Source: a bacterium (GTDB lineage Bacteria > Patescibacteriota > Minisyncoccia > Phycocordibacterales > Phycocordibacteraceae). Taken from it: DNA of 64,000 nucleotides. The stretch is taken from NCBI GenBank assembly GCA_037200965.1, contig JBBCGK010000001.1, forward strand, positions 832,001 through 896,000. Direction: 5' to 3'. The notes beneath the pieces were generated by a model that was given only the letters and a program-made list of their open reading frames with translations, made no database searches and was not told where the DNA came from. Positions 56,093 through 64,000 of the stretch are shown one piece after another (within the stretch, counting starts at the first letter, position 1; the number at the start of each line of letters is the position of its first letter). The position numbers were made by a program, and so were the translations under genes.

Positions 56093-56365
56093 ATGGACCA
56101 ATTCCTCAAGATGGACATCTTCTTCTTCGTGACGACCGTCGTGGTCCTCGCGGCTGGCGTGCTCCTGTGCTTCGCGCTCTACTACCTCGTCCGCATTCTC
56201 CGGAACGTCGAGAAGGTCTCGGAAGAGATCGAGGAGGAAACGAGAGCGGTGCGCGAAGATATTCGCGATGCGCGGGCAAACATCAGAAACGAGGGCTTCA
56301 AGCTGAAGCACCTCACTGCGCTTGCGCGCAAGGCGGGCGAACGGCTCTTCAAAGCGAAAAAATAG
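56093..56365 (+). CDS. Small membrane protein
   Basis: One TM helix followed by a charged helix. Confidence 0.4.
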   Translation: MDQFLKMDIFFFVTTVVVLAAGVLLCFALYYLVRILRNVEKVSEEIEEETRAVREDIRDARANIRNEGFKLKHLTALARKAGERLFKAKK

Positions 56366-56404
56366 GAGTGCGCTTATTTTTACTTATCTAGAACTTCCAT
56401 CACC

Positions 56405-56833
56405 ATGGCTACGAAAAAGAAGACCTCGAAGGGAATGCTTGCCGCCGAAATAGGGGCGGCGACGCTCGCGGCCGCTGCCGCTGCGGGAGCCGGCTACTAT
56501 TTCTACGCAAGCAAGGACGCGAAGAAACACCGCAAGGCCGCCGTGAAGTGGGCGGAGGACCTTCGCCGCGATGTCATGAAAGAGGCGAAGAAGCTGAAGA
56601 CGCTCGACGCGAAGACCATGGCGCTTATCGTCGACGAGGCGTCGCAGGCATACCAGGCTGCGCGCGGCATCGACCGTAAGGACCTCAAGCGCGCCGCGGA
56701 CGAGCTCAAGGCAAACTGGCAGCGCGTCGTGCTTGCGAAGCTTCCCGCGAAAGCGAAGAAGGCTGTCCGCAAGGCGAAAAAGGCGGTCAAGAAAACAGTG
56801 AAGCGCGCAAAGAAGGCAGTGAAACGCCGATAG
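56405..56833 (+). CDS. Hypothetical protein with an N-terminal TM and a Lys/Ala-rich C-terminus
   Basis: KAKKAVRKAKKAVKKTVKRAKKAVKRR tail. Confidence 0.45.
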   Translation: MATKKKTSKGMLAAEIGAATLAAAAAAGAGYYFYASKDAKKHRKAAVKWAEDLRRDVMKEAKKLKTLDAKTMALIVDEASQAYQAARGIDRKDLKRAADELKANWQRVVLAKLPAKAKKAVRKAKKAVKKTVKRAKKAVKRR

Positions 56834-56847
56834 CCGTTTTCTTTGAA

Positions 56848-56869
56848 ACGCGGGCGCATGCGCCCGCGT
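56848..56869. promoter_or_regulatory. Perfect 22-bp palindrome ACGCGGGCGCATGCGCCCGCGT between the upstream gene and the ECF sigma factor gene (terminator hairpin or operator)
   Basis: Read directly. Lies 15 nt after the 56833 stop and 21 nt before the 56890 start. Confidence 0.4.
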
Positions 56870-56889
56870 AGTACTTCCTGCGGCCCTCC

Positions 56890-57465
56890 ATGGACGCACA
56901 CCCGCTTACCGATGAAGAAGCCGCCCGCCGGTCGCTTGAGGATAAGGAGCAGTTCGCGCTCCTTATCAGGCGCTACGAGGCCCCCTTGGGACGCTACCTG
57001 GAGCGCCTTGGCGTTCGCGTACGCGAAGACCGGGAAGACCTCCTGCAGAACGCGTTTCTCAAGGCATACCGGAATCTCAACAGTTTCGACCCGACGCTCG
57101 CATTCTCTTCCTGGATGTACCGCATCGCGCATAACGAGGCTATGAGCTTCTTTAGGGCCAAGAAAGCGCGTCCGCAGGTGGTGCTGGGGGAGGAAGGGCA
57201 GCTTCTGTTGACCGAGCTCCGGGATGAACGCGCCGATACGGGGGCGCTCGCGGAAGAGCGCCTCACCGCAGGCGAGCTCGCGCAGGCGCTTGAGAAGATA
57301 GACCCGAAATACCGCGACGTACTCACGCTCCGCTTCTTCGAGGAGCGTTCGTATGCGGATATTTCCGACATCCTGGAGCTTCCGGTCGGCACGGTCGCGA
57401 CCCTGATCCACCGGGCGAAGAAAGCGCTTCGCGCAGCCGTTTCCGACCGCCTTATAGCGCCATGA
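56890..57465 (+). CDS. ECF-type RNA polymerase sigma-70 family factor
   Basis: Region 2 (LLQNAFLKAYRNL...WMYRIAHNE) and region 4 (LTLRFFEERSYADISDILELPVGTVATLIHRAKKAL). Confidence 0.8.
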   Translation: MDAHPLTDEEAARRSLEDKEQFALLIRRYEAPLGRYLERLGVRVREDREDLLQNAFLKAYRNLNSFDPTLAFSSWMYRIAHNEAMSFFRAKKARPQVVLGEEGQLLLTELRDERADTGALAEERLTAGELAQALEKIDPKYRDVLTLRFFEERSYADISDILELPVGTVATLIHRAKKALRAAVSDRLIAP

Positions 57466-58376
57466 ACCACGACTCTATGCGAGAGCAATCCGAAGACCGC
57501 GATCCCGTATCGCGCCGCGTGCTTGAGCACATCGAACGCGAACAGGTCCGGCCGCTCCCGCGCTCCCGCTTCGTGCTGCAGAACGTCGCCCTCTGGGTAT
57601 TCGGCATCCTTTCCATACTTTTCGGCGCCATCGCAGCCGCCGCCGCGCTCTTCGCGCTTGCGAACGCCGGCTGGCGCTATTACGTCGCGACGCACGACAC
57701 GTTCCTGACGTTTCTCATAGAAACCGCGCCGCTCCTTTGGATCGTGACGCTCGCGTTCTTCGTGCTTATCGGCTATCAGATATTCCGCCGCACCCGCCGC
57801 GGGTACCGCTATCCGTTTATCGCCGTCGCCGCGACATCGGTCGCGGCGAGCCTTTTGCTTGGCGCCGCGCTTTACGGCGCGGGATTCGGGGAAGTCATCG
57901 AGGAAGGACTCGGCGCGCACGTGCCGTTCTATCGGCCTGCGCTTCAGGCGGAGCAGGTGATCTGGGCGCATCCGGAGCGGGGCCTTCTCGCCGGAAGGGT
58001 AACGGGCCTCGCGCCCGACTTTTCGAGCTTCACGCTCCTTGGTTTCGACGGGAAGCTTTGGAATGTCGAGGGGAGCGATCTGCGGCGCTTTGACGAGGCG
58101 ACGCTTGCGCATGGCGGCCTCGTACGGATTGTCGGCGTGCCGCTCGCAAGCACGACGGAAGATGCTGCATTCCACGCATGTTTTGTTTTCCCGTGGGAGA
58201 TATATGGCTCCTTTGCGGAGCGCCGCGCGCCGATGCCGTTCCCGTATGCCGGAGGTGAAAGAAAGATTGCCGCGGAACGTAGTGAAGAGTGTAAGGGCGT
58301 ACGACCTTACGCGCCTCTGCGGGCGCTCGAAGAACAAGGGCACGCGAGCAGCACCGAGTTCACGAACGGCTCATAG
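57462..58376 (+). CDS. Putative anti-sigma factor (membrane protein) cotranscribed with the ECF sigma
   Basis: ATGA overlap with the sigma gene. Cytoplasmic N-terminus, 3-4 TM helices, extracytoplasmic C-terminus. Confidence 0.5.
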   Translation: MNHDSMREQSEDRDPVSRRVLEHIEREQVRPLPRSRFVLQNVALWVFGILSILFGAIAAAAALFALANAGWRYYVATHDTFLTFLIETAPLLWIVTLAFFVLIGYQIFRRTRRGYRYPFIAVAATSVAASLLLGAALYGAGFGEVIEEGLGAHVPFYRPALQAEQVIWAHPERGLLAGRVTGLAPDFSSFTLLGFDGKLWNVEGSDLRRFDEATLAHGGLVRIVGVPLASTTEDAAFHACFVFPWEIYGSFAERRAPMPFPYAGGERKIAAERSEECKGVRPYAPLRALEEQGHASSTEFTNGS

Positions 58377-58515
58377 CGCCGGTCCCGGTAAGCGGGCGCT
58401 AGCGCGGTCGGTACGCGCCCGCAGGGTTTGGGAACTATTCGAAAGAGCCATGCGCGGCGTACGCCGCGCATGGCATTTATCGTTCACCCTGCCTTCACCG
58501 CGTATGCGCTAGGGT

Positions 58516-59136
58516 GTGCCCATGTTTCTCCGCATCCTCGCTCTCCCGTTTTTTGCCGTTGCCGTGGTCGCGGCTTCCTACACCGGCTGGCAGCACCCCG
58601 GCACCGTTTCAAACGTGCGGGCGAACGAAGGGGTCGTTCCCCCGGCCTCTATCGCTCCGGCTCCTTCGGGCGCAGCCTACTTCACGTACACAAACCGCCC
58701 GTTCGGTTTCTCCCTCACATATCCGCGCACTTTTATCCGCGATACGAGCGCGGGGCTTGGCTGGAGCTACGGCGCTGAGCGCGGAAGCGGCGCGACCGTG
58801 CTCACACTCTATCTTCCGCCGCAGACGGCGCTCGTGCGCGCGGGAGGGGAAGGAGTCCTTCGCGTGGGCGTCGCAAATGACGCGGCAAGCATGGAAACGT
58901 GCCTCTCGCCCGAGCGGCCGGGTACATACCAGGGAACCGTGACGCTCGGGAGCGAAACATTCACGCGCTACGACTATCCGGAAACCGGCATCGAAAGCTA
59001 TCGCACGTTCCATGCCGGAGCCTGCTACGCCGTTGAAATAGGGGTGCGCCTTGAAGAAGGGGCGGGAACAGGCCCTACAGCGGAAGAGGCACGAACGATG
59101 CTTCGGGATGCGGCTTCGACATTCAGCTTTTCTTGA
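58516..59136 (+). CDS. Secreted hypothetical protein
   Basis: Signal peptide (MPMFLRILALPFFAVAVVAAS). Confidence 0.45.
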   Translation: MPMFLRILALPFFAVAVVAASYTGWQHPGTVSNVRANEGVVPPASIAPAPSGAAYFTYTNRPFGFSLTYPRTFIRDTSAGLGWSYGAERGSGATVLTLYLPPQTALVRAGGEGVLRVGVANDAASMETCLSPERPGTYQGTVTLGSETFTRYDYPETGIESYRTFHAGACYAVEIGVRLEEGAGTGPTAEEARTMLRDAASTFSFS

Positions 59137-59244
59137 ATCAGGCGGGTTGTGCACAGTTCGTCCGCAAAGATGCCCCGAAGGGTTTCAAAAAGGGTATCCT
59201 GTACCTAAGCGGCAACCGCCGCTTTTAGCAGATAACACGCGGCA

Positions 59245-59613
59245 ATGGCTAAAACGCTCGCAATCGTGTTCGGTATCGTGTTCGTGCTCGTAGGGCTTCT
59301 CGGGTTCGTATCGAACCCGCTCGTTGGTATGGGCGCGTTCTTCGAGACTAATGCGCTCCATAACGTCGTGCACCTCCTGATCGGCCTTATTCTTCTCGCG
59401 GTCGCATTCTGGAGCCCGATGCAGTCATCGATGTGGCTCAAGATCATGGGCGTCGTGTACCTCGTGATCGCCGTTCTCGGTTTCCTTCTCGTTTCGGGCA
59501 CGGGGGAACTGTTCGGCCTTGTGACGCTGAATCCCGCAGATCACTGGCTCCATGTCGTGCTCGGCGTCGTGCTTCTCGCTGCCGGCTTCATGTACGGCGA
59601 CGAGCCGATGTAG
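59245..59613 (+). CDS. DUF4383 domain membrane protein
   Basis: LVGMGAFFETNALHNVVHLLIG conserved core. 4 TM helices. Confidence 0.6.
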   Translation: MAKTLAIVFGIVFVLVGLLGFVSNPLVGMGAFFETNALHNVVHLLIGLILLAVAFWSPMQSSMWLKIMGVVYLVIAVLGFLLVSGTGELFGLVTLNPADHWLHVVLGVVLLAAGFMYGDEPM

Positions 59614-59648
59614 CGCACGGATTTGTAAGGGCTGGTTGCCCCCTTGTG

Positions 59649-59679
59649 AAAAACCGCCGCGTTTTGCGCGGCGGTTTTT
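59649..59679. terminator. Rho-independent terminator, bidirectional-looking
   Basis: aaaaaCCGCCGCG-tttt-gCGCGGCGGttttt lies 36 nt after the 59613 stop. Confidence 0.6.
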
Positions 59680-60124
59680 CATGTATGAAACAATACCGAC
59701 CGCCAAAGTATTGTGCGGTCGGCGCGGAGAATTAGTGCGGTATCGAGCCTGCTACTGACGCGATTTGACCTGCGGCGGTAAAGGCAAGCTGCGCACTGTG
59801 GAGGAAGACGATTACGGTCTTCGAAAGTTCTGAAAAGATCCCGGGGACAAGGACCTCAAGGACGATGATCGTCATCCCCAATCCGATGGCTTGCAACATG
59901 GCGAGCAGCATGTCGGGGAAGACGGTTAGGTGAGATGCGTGCGACCACACATCTGACGATAATCTCGTCCTGTCCTCCCCCGAGCGCGCGCCAAGCCTTG
60001 GCCCGTCCTCGGGAGGGGTGTCCTGTCCTTCTGCCCTCTATAACCTGATCCTCTCGGAGGAGGTTTCAATACGGCAAGCATTTTGGTGATACAATTCCCC
60101 CATATTAAATAACACCAGCACCAT

Positions 60125-60418
60125 ATGGCAACCGCGACCGTTCAAGCCGTAGAGAATCTGAAGCGTGAGATCGACAAGGAAAACAGGGCGCTTCTGGTCG
60201 CTGCGCGCGAGCGCATAGCTGTGCTCGCCGAAGTGGCAAGGAAAAAGCAAGTCATTCAAAAACTGGAAGCAGAGCTGGCCAAAGCGGAAAAAGAACTCGG
60301 AAAGGCTGAAGAGGAGGCAAAAGCCGCAGAACGGGAAGTCGATACGCTTCAAAGGGGCCGGGGAGACCACGAAAGAGAACTTATCAAAATGGCGGCTGAG
60401 CTTAAAAGGGCCGCATAG
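60125..60418 (+). CDS. Coiled-coil hypothetical protein
   Basis: Ala/Glu/Lys-rich heptad pattern. Confidence 0.4.
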   Translation: MATATVQAVENLKREIDKENRALLVAARERIAVLAEVARKKQVIQKLEAELAKAEKELGKAEEEAKAAEREVDTLQRGRGDHERELIKMAAELKRAA

Positions 60419-60432
60419 AAAGGACTTGTCGG

Positions 60433-60505
60433 AGCCGCCTCTCGGATTCGAACCGAGGACCCACACTTTACAAAAGTGTTGCTCTACCAACTGAGCTAAG
60501 GCGGC
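60433..60505 (-). tRNA. tRNA-Thr (anticodon UGU); CCA not encoded
   Basis: The reverse complement folds as GCCGCCT-TA-GCTC-AGTTGGTA-GAGC-A-ACACT-TTTGTAA-AGTGT-GGGTC-CTCGG-TTCGAAT-CCGAG-AGGCGGC-T. All four stems are canonical. Confidence 0.8.
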
Positions 60506-60566
60506 GTGTGCGCACTATACCAGAATGTGCTAGGCTTTTCCCGAAACGAACCTTACGGGGGCTTGC

Positions 60567-60776
60567 ATGTTTGGAATGATTCTCGCAGCGCTTTTCTTCG
60601 TGCTCAATGCGGCGGCGTTCGTCCTAGTCTTTGCCGCGGTGCTCGTGGCTCTGTTTTTGGCATGGTTTGCGCTGCGGCTCCGTTTCAGCGAGCCGCGGGA
60701 CGAAGTCCGGCGGATCGGAAGGAGGCGTCTCGAAGACGCATTCTTCAAGGGATGGTGGAGCTTTTCCGAAGGATAA
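60567..60776 (+). CDS. Small membrane protein
   Basis: Single long hydrophobic segment. Weak. Confidence 0.3.
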   Translation: MFGMILAALFFVLNAAAFVLVFAAVLVALFLAWFALRLRFSEPRDEVRRIGRRRLEDAFFKGWWSFSEG

Positions 60777-60821
60777 GCGACACGACGAAGCGATGCGGCG
60801 GCCATAATCGGCCGCCGCTTC

Positions 60822-61529
60822 CTATTGCTTCCGTGTCGTCGAAGCCGTGGCAGCCGTGGGGCTCGCCTCCTCGTCAAGAAGACGCTTCGGAAGATAGCTC
60901 TTCAGCGTGGCAAGGGAGTCGAAGCCATAGTGCGTCTCGCCGTCGATCACGAACACGGGCGGCGCGGGCTTTATCTTGAGAAGCGAAATAAGGGTTTCGA
61001 GCGCGCCGAGCGGGAGGTTATAGTCGAAGGAATAGACGCGAAGCGACGGAAACTCCTGGCGGAGCGCGTCGAGCGCGTAGCCCGCATCGGTGCAGTCGCT
61101 GCAGTCGCCCTGGTTCGAATAAAAATAGAGGACCGAAACCGGGGCTTTCCCCTCGCCGCAGCGTTCCTTCACGCGCTCGGTGATGAGATAATCCTTGATC
61201 TCAAGGAGCGAATACTGCTCCTTGAGCTGTATCACGCGCTCGTTGTCGGCCCCGAGCGACTGCTCGGCGCTTCCGAGGCGGCTCGCGAGCGTGTTGATTT
61301 CGCTCGGGAGCACGGCATGGCTTTCAAGCGCCGAGCACGCGACATCGCTTATAAGGTCGAACTGGGTCTCAAGCGAGATGATGTCGATCGATATCTTGTC
61401 CGCCGTGTTCTGGATGCTCTCGACCCGCGCGCGGTCGAACAACGTGCTTACATAAAATGCGGTCGCGAAAATGGCCGCGGTAATGATGAACGCGAACGCA
61501 TATTTCATCCAGTCGGGTCGCTCTCTCAT
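60822..61529 (-). CDS. Membrane-anchored thioredoxin-fold-like protein with a CxxC motif
   Basis: N-terminal TM. VLYFYSNQGDCSDC ... PPVFVIDGETHYG resembles a thioredoxin-like beta-alpha-beta with a CxxC active site. Confidence 0.4.
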   Translation of the reverse strand: MRERPDWMKYAFAFIITAAIFATAFYVSTLFDRARVESIQNTADKISIDIISLETQFDLISDVACSALESHAVLPSEINTLASRLGSAEQSLGADNERVIQLKEQYSLLEIKDYLITERVKERCGEGKAPVSVLYFYSNQGDCSDCTDAGYALDALRQEFPSLRVYSFDYNLPLGALETLISLLKIKPAPPVFVIDGETHYGFDSLATLKSYLPKRLLDEEASPTAATASTTRKQ

Positions 61530-61532
61530 ACG

Positions 61533-62795
61533 CTATTCGGGGCCTTTGCGGCGCTCGTCGATTTCCTGCCGCCAGCTCTTCTGCCTCGCGGACGCGACGT
61601 TATACACCGCCCGCCCGAGCCACCACGGCGCGAACACGCCGTAGAGGGCGAGGTAGAGGAAAAGGTTGATGCCGAGATTTTTCTCCGCCACGAGGCGCGA
61701 ACCCATAATGATGATGGCGATGGTGCAAAGGAACAGGAGCCAGCTGAGGAAGAGAAACGGGTGCGTATCGAAATAGAAAAGGTCGAATGACGGCATATGG
61801 AACGACGAGAAACCGACGACGCGGAGGCGGTCCGCGGCCTTAAGCGCGTCAGATCCCGCATAGGCTATGGAAACGGCGGTGAAGTAAATAGCGGGGAAGA
61901 TGGTGAAAAGGCCCATAGGGAGGAGAAACATGCCGAGCGTGCCGTATTTGCGGTTGAAGAACATGAAGCGATAGTCTTTGGCGTTTCGCATGAACCCGTA
62001 CGACCAGCGCACCCGCTGCTTGAAAAGCGCCTTATAGGAGCGCGGCGTCTTGGTGTACACGTGGGCGGTCGGGGCGTTCTCGATCTTCATGTTATGCGAC
62101 TGCATGCGAAGCGCGATCTCCATATCTTCCGTCATGTACGCCTCCTTATACGGCCCGAGCTGGAGGAATACCTCCCGGCGGAATATGGAGAATGGGCCGG
62201 GCGTGATGAAGAGCGCGTCAAGCCAGGCGAACGTGCGGCGGATAAATGCAGACAGCGCATACTCCGCCTGCTGCACCCTTTGCACGATGCTCGCGGGCTT
62301 TGAAACCTTGATGCCGGGCGTGACCGCCATAACGCTTTTGTCCGCGAAATACCGCGCGATCTCCCGGAGCGCATCGGGGGCGACGGTCGAGTCGGCGTCG
62401 AGGCAGCCGACGAGCTCGCTCGTCGCGTGCGAAAGGCCGAGATTGAGGGCGGAGAATTTTCCGCCGCCGTTCTCTTTCGTGAAGACGCGCACGCGCGGCT
62501 CGCCCGCGTAGCGCGCGAGCGCGTCGGCCGTCCCGTCGGTCGAACCGTCGTTTATGGCGAAGATGTTGAGCTTGTCATGCGGATAGTCGAGCGCGAGAAG
62601 CGAGTCGAGCGTCCTCGCGACCGTCTTCTCCTCGTTATAGCAGGGGATGAATATGGTAGACGTCGGAAGGTCCTCATCCGCCACCGCCCCGGGCTCCTTT
62701 TTCGTGCGCTTGCCTTCGAGGAAGGACAAAAGGAGAAACACCTCGAAGAAGAGGGAAACGAAAAGCACCGGATATATGAATACCATCCCGCTCAC
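61533..62795 (-). CDS. Family 2 glycosyltransferase, processive synthase type (cellulose/chitin/PNAG synthase-like)
   Basis: DGSTD, DAD, TED and QRVRWSYG (Q(Q/R)xRW) motifs. Multiple TM helices. Confidence 0.8.
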   Translation of the reverse strand: MSGMVFIYPVLFVSLFFEVFLLLSFLEGKRTKKEPGAVADEDLPTSTIFIPCYNEEKTVARTLDSLLALDYPHDKLNIFAINDGSTDGTADALARYAGEPRVRVFTKENGGGKFSALNLGLSHATSELVGCLDADSTVAPDALREIARYFADKSVMAVTPGIKVSKPASIVQRVQQAEYALSAFIRRTFAWLDALFITPGPFSIFRREVFLQLGPYKEAYMTEDMEIALRMQSHNMKIENAPTAHVYTKTPRSYKALFKQRVRWSYGFMRNAKDYRFMFFNRKYGTLGMFLLPMGLFTIFPAIYFTAVSIAYAGSDALKAADRLRVVGFSSFHMPSFDLFYFDTHPFLFLSWLLFLCTIAIIIMGSRLVAEKNLGINLFLYLALYGVFAPWWLGRAVYNVASARQKSWRQEIDERRKGPE

Positions 62796-62839
62796 AGCTC
62801 CAGTATAGCAAATATGAAGGAGAACCGTATACTGGCCCT

Positions 62840-63559
62840 ATGGAAGGGAGGTTGCATCCGATAAGCGTCGCGTCGCGGGAGATCGCCGATATTTTCGGCC
62901 GCATGGGGTTTGGCATCGCGTATGGCCCCGAACTTGAGACTGAACACTACAATTTCGATGCGCTTAATATGCCCGCGACGCATCCGGCACGCGACATGCA
63001 GGATACGTTTTGGACGAAAGAGAATCCTCCCCGCGTTCCCCGCACCCAAACGTCGCCGGTGCAGGTCAGGTATATGGAAGAGCAGATGAAACGGGGAATG
63101 CTCCCCCCATACCGCATCATCGCCCCGGGAAAGGTGTACAGGAACGAGGCTACGGACGCCACGCACGAAGCGCAGTTCTATCAGAACGAGGGGCTGGCGA
63201 TAGGCGAGGATATCACGCTCGCGCATCTCAAGGGAACGCTCGAACGGTTTTTCAAGGAGTATCTTGATGAGAACGCGAAAGTGCGGTTTCGTCCCTCGTT
63301 TTTCCCATTCGTCGAGCCAGCGGTCGAAGTCGACGTGTGGTTCGATGTAAAAGGGCAGTGGCTTGAGGTTATGGGCGCAGGCATGGTGCACCCGAAGGTT
63401 CTCGAGAACTCCGGAGTGGACCCGAAAAAATATCAAGGGTTCGCATTCGGCGGCGGGCTCGAGCGCCTTATCATGGTGAAATACGGCGTGCCGGATGTGC
63501 GCCTCTTCCATTCGGGCGATACGCGTTTCGTGCACGGCTTCGCGGAAATCGAGCCATGA
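62840..63559 (+). CDS. pheS: Phenylalanine--tRNA ligase alpha subunit, short form lacking the N-terminal helical domain
   Basis: Class II motifs incl. FRPSFFPFVEPAVEVDV and GFAFGGGLERL. Only 239 aa. Confidence 0.8.
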   Translation: MEGRLHPISVASREIADIFGRMGFGIAYGPELETEHYNFDALNMPATHPARDMQDTFWTKENPPRVPRTQTSPVQVRYMEEQMKRGMLPPYRIIAPGKVYRNEATDATHEAQFYQNEGLAIGEDITLAHLKGTLERFFKEYLDENAKVRFRPSFFPFVEPAVEVDVWFDVKGQWLEVMGAGMVHPKVLENSGVDPKKYQGFAFGGGLERLIMVKYGVPDVRLFHSGDTRFVHGFAEIEP

Positions 63560-63960
63560 ACTGTGTCTTTTGTTCCGTCGTCGAGAAGAACGAACCGCAC
63601 CATGAGATTGTGTGGTCGGATAAGCGCCATATCGCATTCCTCAATATAAAACCGGCACAACCCGGCCATGTGCTCGTGATACCCCGGAAGCATGTTGACG
63701 ACGGATTCGATCTTTCATCCGAAGAGTTCGGCGCGCTTATGGAGGCGAGCCGGCGTCTTGCGGTGCCGCTTAAAGCAGTCCTCAACCCTTCCCGCGTCGC
63801 ACTGGCCCTTGAAGGTTTTCATGTGCCGCATGCGCATGTTCACCTGATTCCAGTGAATAAAAGCGGCGATATGATGAACGAAACCAAAGAACCGGTGCCA
63901 AGCGAAGAACTTGTGCCAATAGCTGAAGCGTTGCGGGCCGCTATCGCATCAACATTATGA
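63556..63960 (+). CDS. HIT family protein
   Basis: HVPHAHVHLIP histidine triad. ATGA overlap with pheS. Confidence 0.75.
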   Translation: MNCVFCSVVEKNEPHHEIVWSDKRHIAFLNIKPAQPGHVLVIPRKHVDDGFDLSSEEFGALMEASRRLAVPLKAVLNPSRVALALEGFHVPHAHVHLIPVNKSGDMMNETKEPVPSEELVPIAEALRAAIASTL

Positions 63961-64000
63961 AAATCTCCCGCTCCTGGCTTCAGAAGTATTTCGAAGCGCC

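Noticed and set aside
60038-60490. 150-aa minus-strand ORF overlapping the tRNA-Thr gene.
   Set aside because: It runs through a canonical tRNA on the same strand, and the translation is low-complexity.
1-64000. Scan for CRISPR arrays, rRNA genes, tmRNA, RNase P and additional tRNAs.
   Set aside because: No regularly spaced direct repeats with unique spacers were seen. No rRNA-like conserved blocks were seen. Only one tRNA-like T-loop/acceptor structure (60433..60505) was recognised by eye, and covariance-model searches would be needed to exclude small ncRNAs.

Overview
This is a high-GC (~60%) bacterial chromosomal segment with densely packed, mostly small genes. Many genes are translationally coupled through ATGA stop/start overlaps. 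The native gene set is housekeeping and 'sanitising' enzymes: purF, typA/bipA, a DEAD-box helicase with an RGG-rich N-terminus, an ABC-F ATPase, a short pheS, an RsuA/RluB-type pseudouridine synthase, three HIT proteins, four NUDIX hydrolases, two ASCH proteins, two GNAT acetyltransferases, an MBL-fold hydrolase, pirin, an HI0933-like flavoprotein, an ECF sigma factor with its anti-sigma partner, and one tRNA-Thr(UGU). There are also many secreted or membrane proteins, including a peptidase S74 intramolecular-chaperone surface protein, a PG-binding/PKD protein, a MliC fusion and a GT2 synthase. An intact class-1 pyrD sits next to a frameshifted and truncated pyrC. By inference the gene content resembles a reduced-genome (CPR/Patescibacteria-like) organism, but this cannot be confirmed without searches. 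Mobile DNA consists of a zinc-ribbon DDE transposase (IS1595/ISL3-like) with an adjacent COG3910-type AAA ATPase, a decayed IS30 copy with multiple frameshifts next to a DUF3800 gene, and an intact IS30 element (49148..50152) with recognisable terminal inverted repeats inserted just upstream of typA. The most striking region is a ~4.2 kb AT-rich island (~40970..45210). It carries a 77-aa ORF coupled to an 837-aa protein whose N-terminus has GHKL (MutL/MORC-like) ATPase motifs, plus a convergently overlapping N6/N4 DNA methyltransferase. No recognisable nuclease is present, which makes this a candidate uncharacterised R-M-like defence module. It is followed immediately by a RhuM-Doc/Fic fusion and a PIF1-like helicase. 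Other notable items are a fusion of tandem AsnC/Lrp-like units to an EgtD-type methyltransferase in an operon with an FAD oxidoreductase, a perfect 50-bp palindrome at 20308..20357, a lone RusA-like gene in a small AT-rich islet, and a 21-bp tandem repeat encoding a heptad-repeat protein.
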